Origin: an uncultured bacterium
Lineage (GTDB): Bacteria; Krumholzibacteriota; Krumholzibacteriia; JACNKJ01
Length of the DNA: 64,000 bases
Assembly: GCA_963695095.1 (NCBI GenBank)
Contig: CAVOFT010000001.1
Coordinates: forward strand, 352,001-416,000
Reading direction: 5' to 3'
Part shown: piece after piece, positions 49,101-57,372 of the stretch
Numbering within the stretch: the stretch's first letter is position 1
Layout: each line of letters starts with the position of its first letter
Notes under the pieces: model-generated
The model's input: the letters and a program-made list of their open reading frames with translations, nothing else
The model's database searches: none
Told to the model about the DNA's origin: nothing
Translations under genes and position numbers: made by a program

Positions 49101-49416
49101 GGTAGACGGAGCCCATGCCGCCGGCGGCGATCAGCTCGACGAGGCGGTAGGCGCCGACGCTTTGCCCCAGCATCGGGTCGCCGGGCGGAGCCGCCGCGCC
49201 CGCGGGCGGGGCGGCCAGGTGGGGGGCCTCCTCGAAGAGCCGCCGCGCGGCGGGCAGGGCGGCGAGCAGGGAGTCCAGCTCGGCGCGCAGGGCGGCCTCT
49301 CCCGCGCAGGCGCGATCGAGGAAGGCCGCGCGCTCGGCCGCGGGCAAGGCCAGGGCCTCGGCGAAGAGCGCCTCGCTGCGCTCGGGAGCCGGCGGCCCGG
49401 CGGGTGTTTCGGCCAC
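46189..49416 (-). CDS. Ser/Thr protein kinase with C-terminal WD40 repeats (frameshifts near 47860 and 46935)
   Basis: LF..AL.LP..ER.AFL..AC N-terminus; GGMG.VY, VAVK, HRDLKPSN, DFGIAK, T..YASPEQ; TM; many H...V..+AFSPDG..LAS....G..+.WD repeats. Confidence 0.9.
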
Positions 49417-49418
49417 GG

Positions 49419-49991
49419 CTAGGCCTCCGCGTCCCGCATCTCGCGATAGAGCCAGGCCTGGGCGTAATCCCAGTGCCGGCAGACGGTGCGCCGGGAGATG
49501 CCGATCAGCTCCGCGCACTCCTCCTGGGTGAGCCCGCCGAAGAAGCGCATCTCGACCACGCGCGCCGCCTCGGGGGCCAGACCCTCCAGGCGCGAGAGCG
49601 CCTCGTCGAGGGCCAGGATCACCGGATCCGCGGCTTCGCTGCCCAGCAGCAGGACCTCGTCCAGGGGCAGGTGCAGCTTGTTGCCGCCGCGCTTCTGGCG
49701 GCTGCGGCCGCGGGCGTGGTCGACGAGGATGCGCCGCATCGCCTGGCCGGCCACGGCGAGGAAGTGGCTCCGGTTCTGCCAGACCACGCGGTTCTGGTCG
49801 ATGAGGCGAAGGTAGGCTTCGTGCACGAGCGCGGTGGGCTGCAGGGTGTGGTCGGCCCGCTCGCCGGCGAGCTGCGCGCGGGCCATGCCGCGCAGCTCGG
49901 CATAGACGCGGCCGAAGAGCGCCTCGAAGGCGCCCGCCTCGCCGGCCGAGACCTGCTGCAGCAGCTCCGTGATGTCGTGCTCGCCCGCCAT
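49419..49991 (-). CDS. ECF sigma factor, TIGR02999-like (kinase-associated)
   Basis: ITELL, VYAELR..A, HTLQPTALVHEAYLRL, HF..A...MRRILVDHAR....KRGG, VEMRFFGGL, W..A.AWL. Confidence 0.93.
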   Translation of the reverse strand: MAGEHDITELLQQVSAGEAGAFEALFGRVYAELRGMARAQLAGERADHTLQPTALVHEAYLRLIDQNRVVWQNRSHFLAVAGQAMRRILVDHARGRSRQKRGGNKLHLPLDEVLLLGSEAADPVILALDEALSRLEGLAPEAARVVEMRFFGGLTQEECAELIGISRRTVCRHWDYAQAWLYREMRDAEA

Positions 49992-50165
49992 GCCGAGAGT
50001 CTAGCACCGCCCATGTGGGCGCCGCAAACCTTTATCAAAACGGCAATTGCAGATTTCTGGCGCAAATTCACGAGATTCCTCGCGTCTGTTCCCATCGATG
50101 GCTCCGGGCACCCGCCCCCGGGGGCGGGCGGTCCGGCGCTGGCCCGGTACCAGAAGGAGACTCCG

Positions 50166-50720
50166 ATGCGGCTCGCGACAGCACTTCTCTTGCCGGCGGC
50201 CCTGCTCGCCCTGGTGGTCCAGGCCGCCGCCCCGACCGACGCCCGCGCGGCGGCCCAGATCACGCGCAGCGTGATCGGTGCCGGCGGCGGCAGCGTGGCG
50301 GGCAGCCCGCACGCGCTCCGCTACAGCCTCGGCCAGGCCCTGGCCGGGGGCGCCGGCGGCGGGCAGATCCAGATCCTCAGCGGCTTCTGGCTGCCCGGCG
50401 GCGGCAGCACCGGCATTCCCGGCGAGGACCTGCTGCCCGCCGTCTTCCGCTACCGGGGCAATCACCCGAATCCCTTCAATCCGCAGACGACCCTGGCCTT
50501 CGAGCTGCCGGCGCCGGCGGCGCGCGCCACGCTGCGCATCGTCGATGCCCTCGGCCGCCAGGTGGCCGTGCTGCACGAGGGGCCGCTGGCCGCCGGCCGT
50601 CACCAGCTGGTCTGGGACGGCCGCGACGCGCGCGGCAACGCCTGCAGCTCCGGCCTCTACTTTTCGCTGCTTGAAACCCCCACCGACCGCGCCACGGGCA
50701 AGCTCACCCTGCTGCGCTAG
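50166..50720 (+). CDS. Small secreted protein: Gly-rich 'GGG...SLGQ...SGFW' domain plus FlgD-Ig/T9SS-like CTD
   Basis: AAGGAG RBS; signal peptide; PNPFNPQT...WDGRD..G...SGLYF. Confidence 0.8.
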   Translation: MRLATALLLPAALLALVVQAAAPTDARAAAQITRSVIGAGGGSVAGSPHALRYSLGQALAGGAGGGQIQILSGFWLPGGGSTGIPGEDLLPAVFRYRGNHPNPFNPQTTLAFELPAPAARATLRIVDALGRQVAVLHEGPLAAGRHQLVWDGRDARGNACSSGLYFSLLETPTDRATGKLTLLR

Positions 50721-50748
50721 ACCATCCCCCAGTAAGGAAGACCACGCC

Positions 50749-52419
50749 ATGAAGACTTCGCCGCTCAATTGCATTGCTGCCCTCGCCCTCGCCGCCCTGC
50801 TCGTGCTCGCGGCGGGTGCGGCCGGCGCCATCGCGCCCACCCTCATCAGCTACCAGGGCCAGCTCGCCGTGGACGGGCAGCCCTTCACGGGCCAGGCGGA
50901 CTTCAAGTTCGCGATCCTCTGCAACACGAGCGTCTGGTCCAACGACGGCAGCAGCGTGAACGGCAGCGAGCCGACGGCGGCGGTGACCCTTCCGGTCGAA
51001 AACGGCGTCTTCAGCGTGCTACTGGGCGACCAGGATCTGGGGATGGATTCGCTCAGCTCCGGGAGTCTCGACTACCCGTGTAGCGAGAACGCGCAGCTCC
51101 GGGTCTGGGTGAACACGGGCAACGGCTTCGAGCAACTTGCCGACCAGCGACTGGCGAGCAGCCCTTACGCCCTGGTGGCCGATCAGGCGCGCTTCTCGAC
51201 GCAGGGTTTCTACACCTTCGAGAGCAACATCATCGCCTACGACGGCCGGATCGTCGGCACCGACACGAACGGCTACATCGAGCGAGTCTGGATGGATGGT
51301 GACACCGGCGTCATGCACTGCGACACGCTCGAGTTCGAGGACGGCACGCGGATGAGCACCGCGCCCGGCCCCGGCGGCGCCGACGGCGACTGGATCGTGA
51401 ACGGCAACGACATGTACGCCGGCGTCAGCGGCAACGTGGGCATCGGCACCAGCGCCCCGCTTGCGAAGCTCCACCTCTCCGCGCCGGCCGAGGCGCCCGA
51501 GATCCGCCTCAACGGCGACGGCGCCATGGTGGCGGGCAGCAGCTGGGGCGCGATGACCCTGCACCGGAACGGGATCACGCTGGGCCGCAATCGCTGGCGA
51601 GGCAGCGCGGACGGCAACCCCGACTACTCGCTGGAGGTGACGAGCCAGCCGAACGCCCTGGTCATCGACGGCAGCAGCGGCGTGCTCGGCATGGGGACGC
51701 CGACGCCGAGCGTGAGCAAGACGCTCACCTTGCAGGGCGTGGGCGCCGGCTCCGGCTGGCTGCAGTTCCGCACCAGCGCCGGCGTCGACGCCTGGCACAT
51801 GACCAACGAGGCGGGAGGTCTCAACTTCATCGAGAGCGGCGTGGCCACCAACCGTCTCTTCCTGATGCCCGGCGGGAACGTGGGCATCGGCACGAACGCC
51901 CCCGGCGCGCGCCTGGACGTGGCGGGCAACACCATCGTGCGCGGCGATCTCACCGTGCAGGGCAGCATCATCGGCAGCGGCGGCGGCGCGGCGGGCTTCT
52001 ACGCGGTGCCGCCCTCCGCCTTTCTCGAAGCCGACGGCAACCTGATGGACGTGCATCGCAGCAGCGTGCTGCTGCACGGCCGCACGGCGAACCAGGGCCT
52101 CACCTTCGAGGCGCCGGTGCACCTGCCTCACGGCGCCACGATCACGCAGTTCCGGGTCTACCTGACGGACAGTGACGCGACGCGCAACATCCAGACCTTC
52201 CTCTTGCGCGATCCGCTGGGCACGGTGGGCACGCCGCAGATCGTCGCCACGCTGGCGACGACCGGCGCGCCGGGCTCGACGACCCTGACCTCGGGGGCGC
52301 TGAGCCACGTCGTCGACAACGAAAACAACAGCTACGTGGTCGCCTGCAACTGGACAACGCCGACCACGGTGACGGCCTGCGCCGTCAACGGCATGCGCGT
52401 CAGCTACACGGCGCCCTGA
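50749..52419 (+). CDS. Secreted fibre/adhesin-like protein (ISYQGQL N-domain, GNVGIGT repeats, distinct tip)
   Basis: Signal peptide; SYQG.L, G.FSVLLG, SSPYAL.A, GNVGIGT..P..KL repeats. Confidence 0.75.
   Translation: MKTSPLNCIAALALAALLVLAAGAAGAIAPTLISYQGQLAVDGQPFTGQADFKFAILCNTSVWSNDGSSVNGSEPTAAVTLPVENGVFSVLLGDQDLGMDSLSSGSLDYPCSENAQLRVWVNTGNGFEQLADQRLASSPYALVADQARFSTQGFYTFESNIIAYDGRIVGTDTNGYIERVWMDGDTGVMHCDTLEFEDGTRMSTAPGPGGADGDWIVNGNDMYAGVSGNVGIGTSAPLAKLHLSAPAEAPEIRLNGDGAMVAGSSWGAMTLHRNGITLGRNRWRGSADGNPDYSLEVTSQPNALVIDGSSGVLGMGTPTPSVSKTLTLQGVGAGSGWLQFRTSAGVDAWHMTNEAGGLNFIESGVATNRLFLMPGGNVGIGTNAPGARLDVAGNTIVRGDLTVQGSIIGSGGGAAGFYAVPPSAFLEADGNLMDVHRSSVLLHGRTANQGLTFEAPVHLPHGATITQFRVYLTDSDATRNIQTFLLRDPLGTVGTPQIVATLATTGAPGSTTLTSGALSHVVDNENNSYVVACNWTTPTTVTACAVNGMRVSYTAP
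51391..51945. repeat. 555-bp near-identical block, copy 1 (copy 2 at 53067-53621)
   Basis: Direct comparison by eye: offset 1676, about 5 substitutions, no indels. Confidence 0.92.
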
Positions 52420-52442
52420 ACCCCCGGACAACGGAGCCGATC

Positions 52443-54083
52443 ATGCGCACGCTCGCTCTCGTCCTGTTCATCGCCGTGATCGCCGCGGGCACCGCGGCCG
52501 CGGCCCCCAGCGCCTGCAGCTATCAAGGCCGGCTCGATGTGGACGGCCAGCCCTTCATGGGCGACGCCGACTTCAAGTTCGTCCTGCTCTGCGGGACCAG
52601 CAGCGCCTGGTCCAGCGACGGCACCAGCACGAACGGCAGCGAACCGACGGCGGCGCTGACGCTCGCCGTGGACGAGGGCATCTTCAGCGTGCTGCTCGGC
52701 GATGCGGCGCTCGGCATGCCGCCGCTCTTGGCGGCGCTCCTCGCTGATTGCGCGACCCCTCGGTTCCGTGTCTGGGTGGACACGGGCGGCGGCTTCGAGC
52801 AACTCGGCGACCAGGCACTGGCCAGCAGTCCCTTCGCCCTCACGGCGGAATCAGCGGCGGGAGCGCAGGGGCTCTTCGTCGTCGACACCGACGAATCGGG
52901 CGGCATCCAGATCACGGGCGGCGGCTCGCTGGCGATGCTCGATGCCGGCGGCAGCACGGAGGCCTATATCGAAGGCGCGGCGGGCGAGATCGGCTGCCGT
53001 ACGCTGCGCTTCGCCGACGGCTCGACGCTGACCACGGCCACCGGCGCCGGCGGCGGCGACAACGATTGGATCGTGAACGGCAACGACATGTCCGCCGGCG
53101 TCAGCGGCAACGTGGGCATCGGCACCAGCGCCCCGCTTGCGAAGCTCCACCTCTCCGCGCCGGCCGAGGCGCCCGAGATCCGCCTCAACGGCGACGGCGC
53201 CATGGTGGCGGGCAGCAGCTGGGGCGCGATGACCCTGCACCGGAACGGGATCACGCTGGGCCGCAATCGCTGGCGAGGCAGCGCGGACGGCAACCCCGAC
53301 TACTCGCTGGAGGTGACGAGCCAGCCGAACGCCCTGGTCATCGACGGCAGCAGCGGCGTGCTCGGCATGGGGACGCCGACGCCGAGCGTGAGCAAGACGC
53401 TCACCTTGCAGGGCGTGGGCGCCGGCTCCGGCTGGCTGCAATTCCGCACCAGCGCCGGCGTCGACGCCTGGCACATGACCAACGAGGCGGGAGGTCTCAA
53501 CTTCATCGAGAGCGGCGTGGCCACCAACCGTCTCTTCCTGATGCCCGGCGGCAATGTGGGCATCGGCACGAACGCCCCCGGCGCGCGCCTGGACGTGGCG
53601 GGCAGCACCATCGTGCGCGGCAACCTGACCGTGATGGGCACGATCGGCAGCGGCAGCCAGCCGCGCTATCATGCCCTTGATGTCGCCGCCTTTCAGGCGT
53701 CCACGAGCGATCTGGGCTACAGCCGCACGGCCGGGGCGCTAGCGGGCACGATCACGAATCAGGCGCTGGCCTTCGCCGCACCCCTGGAGCTGCCGGACGG
53801 CGCCCGGATCACCACGATCGTGGCGTACTTCCGGGACAGCGAGGCCGTCTTCAACTTCACCTTCCGACTCACGAAGACCGAACACGCGCCGCACAGCTAT
53901 TCGGTGCTGACCACGGGCACCAGTACCGGAACTCCAGGCGACACGTCACTGACGCTTGCCAATCTCGATATCCTCGTCGATCAGGCGAGCGCCTCCTATG
54001 CCTGCGAGGCATTCTGGACCACCCCCACGCTGACGACGAACATTCGCCTGCAGGGCGCGCGGATCGAATACACGCTACCCTGA
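52443..54083 (+). CDS. Paralogous secreted fibre/adhesin-like protein
   Basis: Same architecture as 50749..52419. Confidence 0.75.
   Translation: MRTLALVLFIAVIAAGTAAAAPSACSYQGRLDVDGQPFMGDADFKFVLLCGTSSAWSSDGTSTNGSEPTAALTLAVDEGIFSVLLGDAALGMPPLLAALLADCATPRFRVWVDTGGGFEQLGDQALASSPFALTAESAAGAQGLFVVDTDESGGIQITGGGSLAMLDAGGSTEAYIEGAAGEIGCRTLRFADGSTLTTATGAGGGDNDWIVNGNDMSAGVSGNVGIGTSAPLAKLHLSAPAEAPEIRLNGDGAMVAGSSWGAMTLHRNGITLGRNRWRGSADGNPDYSLEVTSQPNALVIDGSSGVLGMGTPTPSVSKTLTLQGVGAGSGWLQFRTSAGVDAWHMTNEAGGLNFIESGVATNRLFLMPGGNVGIGTNAPGARLDVAGSTIVRGNLTVMGTIGSGSQPRYHALDVAAFQASTSDLGYSRTAGALAGTITNQALAFAAPLELPDGARITTIVAYFRDSEAVFNFTFRLTKTEHAPHSYSVLTTGTSTGTPGDTSLTLANLDILVDQASASYACEAFWTTPTLTTNIRLQGARIEYTLP
53067..53621. 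repeat. 555-bp near-identical block, copy 2
   Basis: Matches 51391-51945. Confidence 0.92.
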
Positions 54084-54193
54084 GCGCGCCCGCCCGGCCC
54101 GCCCGCGACCTCCCGAAGTCCCTCCGCCGGCACCTCTGGCTTGCCGGGGCCAGTGCTGCTATGCTGGCTCCAGGCACCCACAGGAGGTTGACG

Positions 54194-54940
54194 ATGTTGC
54201 TCCCCACCACGGCTCGCCGGCTATGCCTGCTTGCCGCGCTCGCCGTCCTGGCCGCGCTGGCGGCCGGCTGCGCCTCGAGCCAGAAGTACGCCACGCCCAG
54301 CGGCTACCAGCCCAGCGCCGCCACCGACTCCATGCTGGTCCTCGTCGAGATCCGCGACCGCTCCGGGATCGAGCGCGACCTCGAGGAGACGGCCGCGATG
54401 CGCAGCGGCGTCGAGTCGCGCCAGGAGCGGGCGAAGACGATGCAGGCCCGCGCGGCGGCCCTGATCAAGATCAAGGAGGCGGAGATCAAGACCCTGGCGG
54501 CCCAGGCCGAACTGGCCAAGGCCGAGGGCGACGGGACGCGGAAGCAGGATCTCGAGGCCAAGAAGAAGTTCGCCGAGCTGGAGAAGAAGCTGCTCGATCG
54601 CCGCAAGGCCTTGCGCCAGGAGGAACTCGACCTGGCGAAGGCGGAGGCGGACTACCTCAAGGCCTGCGAGGACCGCTTTGCGCAGGAGCTGGACCTGGCG
54701 GACCTGCGCAGCCGCCGCAGCGCCTACGCGGGCGGGTCGGTCACGCCGGAACTGCTGGCGGAGTTCGGCAAGATCGAGACGAAGGTGCGCGAGAGCGAAG
54801 GCAAGGCGCTCAAGGCCGGCGTGCGCTCGGCGGAGAAGAGGCGGGCGCTGGCGGCGCAGGAGGTCGCCCTGAGCAAGGCCCGGCAGAAGGTCTTCGAGAT
54901 GCAGCTCAAATTGCTGGAAAGCGTCGGCGCGGCCAACTAG
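54194..54940 (+). CDS. Coiled-coil lipoprotein
   Basis: AGGAGG RBS; lipobox LAAG-C; long E/K/A heptad-rich region. Confidence 0.75.
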   Translation: MLLPTTARRLCLLAALAVLAALAAGCASSQKYATPSGYQPSAATDSMLVLVEIRDRSGIERDLEETAAMRSGVESRQERAKTMQARAAALIKIKEAEIKTLAAQAELAKAEGDGTRKQDLEAKKKFAELEKKLLDRRKALRQEELDLAKAEADYLKACEDRFAQELDLADLRSRRSAYAGGSVTPELLAEFGKIETKVRESEGKALKAGVRSAEKRRALAAQEVALSKARQKVFEMQLKLLESVGAAN

Positions 54941-55127
54941 GAGCGGCCTCCCTGCCCGGTCCGGGACTGGACGGGGACGGAGGCCCGTGCTAGTTTTTCG
55001 CTCCCCTCGCGCTCCTCGGTAGGATCCGGCCCGCGGACAACGGTGCTCCGCGGCGGGTTCGCGTTCGTCTCGGCCCGGCGCCCTGGCGCCGGGTTCGCTG
55101 CGTCACCCTGCGTCCCGGAGCGTCGCC

Positions 55128-57093
55128 ATGTCGCGTGAGCCTGCCCCCGGCCATCATCCCGATCCCTACGAGGATTACCAGTTCCCCATCGAGCCCTTCC
55201 AGGGCACGCCCGAGGAGATCGAGCGCCAGTGGTTCGACCAGGTGCTACACGGGCCGCGGCGACACCATCGCCCAGCTCACCTGGCGCGCCGTCGTCATGG
55301 GCTCGGTGCTCGGCGGCGTCCTCTCGCTCACCAACCTCTACATCGGGCTCAAGGCCGGCTGGGGCTTCGGCGTGGCCATCACCGCCTGCATCCTCTCCTA
55401 CGCGATCTGGACGACCTGCCACAAGATCGGCCTCGCGCGCACGAAGATGACGATCCTCGAGAACAACTGCATGCAGTCGACGGCCAGCTCGGCCGGCTAC
55501 TCGACCGGCGGCACCCTGATCTCGGCCTTCGCCGCCTACATCATGCTCAACAACGAGACGCTGCCCATTCCGCTGATGCTGGGCTGGGTCTTCTTCCTCG
55601 CCGTGCTCGGCGTGACCATGGCCGTGCCGATGAAGCGGCAGATGATCAACATCGAGCAGCTCCGCTTCCCCAGCGGCATCGCCGCCGCGGAGACGCTGCG
55701 CGCGCTCCACTCCACGGGCGACAAGGGCATCGCGCGCGGCGCGGGCCCTGGGCATCTGCGGGGCTGCTGGCGCTGGTGCAGCAAGTTCTGGACCGAGGGC
55801 CTGCACCTGATCAGCGCGCGAGCTGGGCCCGTTCCGAGCTCGCAGCCTGGTCGAGACGATCTTCAACGAGAAGACCTTCGGCGCCGCGTCTGGATGGGGC
55901 GCACGGTGATGTTCGTCGTGGGACCCCATCTTCATCGCCGCGGGCATGCTCGTCGGGCATGCGCGTGGCGTGCAGCATCATGCTCGTCGGCGCGGTCACT
56001 CTGCTGGATGGTCTTCGTGCCCTGATCCTGCAGGCGCAGGGCGTCATCCCCGACGGCGGGACGGGCTTCCGCGAGCTCGTGCAGTGGACGCTCTGGGGCG
56101 GCACGGCCTGCATGGTCACCTCGGGCATCCTCGCCGTGTCCTCTGCAGTGGCGCAGCGCCGCTGCGCGCCTTCGGCAGCCTGGGCGACATGTTCAGCACA
56201 GAAGCAGAGCGCGCGAGCAGGACGAGCTCGACGCCATCGAGACGCCCGTCTCCTGGTTCATCTGCGGGACAGCTCGTCTCGCTGGTGGCGCTCGTCGCTG
56301 GCTCGCCCACGTGCACCTTCGACATGCCCTACTGGCAGAGCGTGCTGGCCGTGCTGCTCTCCTTCGCGCTGGCCCTGGTGGCCTGCCGCGTGACCGGCGA
56401 GACCGACACCACGCCCGGTCGGGCGCCATGGGCAAGATCACGCAGCTCACCTTCGGCGCGATCAGCCCGGGCAACATGAACGTGAACCTGATGAGCGCGA
56501 ACATCACGGCCGGCGGCGGCCGGCTCCTCCGCCGACCTGCTCACCGACCTCAAGAGCGGCTACCTGCTCGGCGCCAACCCGCGCAAGCAGTTCATCGCGC
56601 AGTTCTCCGGCATCTTCATCGGCACGCTGGTCACGGTGCTCTGCCTTCAGCGTGCTCGTGCCCGACGCCTCCGTGCTCGGCACCGACCAGTTCCCGGCGC
56701 CGGCGGCGCAGACCTGGAAGGGCGTGGCCGAGGCCATGGCCCTGGGGCTTTCGAACCTGCATCCGGTGAAGATCTGGTCCATCGTCATCGGCGGCCTGGT
56801 GGGCATCATCCTGCCCCTGCTCTCGCGCTTCTTCCCGAAGCAGGCGAAGTGGATGCCCTCGGCGGCGGGCATCGGCCTCGCCTGGACCTTCCACTGGTTC
56901 TACAGCCTGCTCTTCCTCATCGGCGCCGTGATCGCCTGGATCTGGGCAGAAGCGCAACAAGGACAACGCGGAGGAGTTCATCTTCCCGGTGGCCTCGGGC
57001 ATCATCGCCGGCGGCGCGCTGATGGGCGTGGTGCTGATCTTCTGGGAGAACGGCCCGGAGATGGTGCGCCAGCTCTTCAGCGGCGGGAAGTAG
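55128..57093 (+). CDS. OPT-family oligopeptide transporter, heavily frameshifted
   Basis: QLTWRA, NLYIGLK.G, LENN..QS.AS, L.FPSG.A.AE, DLL.DLKSGYLLGA.PR.Q, FPAPAA..W, ASG.IAG..LMG spread across three frames. Confidence 0.85.
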
Positions 57094-57372
57094 GCCGGGC
57101 CTGGTGTCGCTTTACCGGATGGAACGGCGCGCGGTCAAGAAAGACAGGCGAGCGCTCGACGATAGGCTATCCGTGCGTGAGCGGCAGGGACTGTTCCATG
57201 GTTCGGCGGCTGGCTGCGGCCTTGCATTGAAGCCTGGGCTAGAATAGACCTGAAAGACACTGGAGAGTTCGGATTGGAGCATGCAGAATCGCTACCTTTC
57301 CGCGACCATGGAGGTCCATATCACAGCTTGCGCCGTGGCTTAGTGGCGCGCTCGGGTTGATGGGGGCAAGCA

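Noticed and set aside
51391..53621. Duplicate block as a DGR template/variable repeat pair
   Set aside because: Both copies are coding and internal, there are few differences and they are not all at adenines, and no reverse transcriptase is present in the window.
50749..54083. Prophage tail-fibre genes
   Set aside because: Both have Sec signal peptides and host-like codon usage, and no phage structural or integrase genes are nearby.
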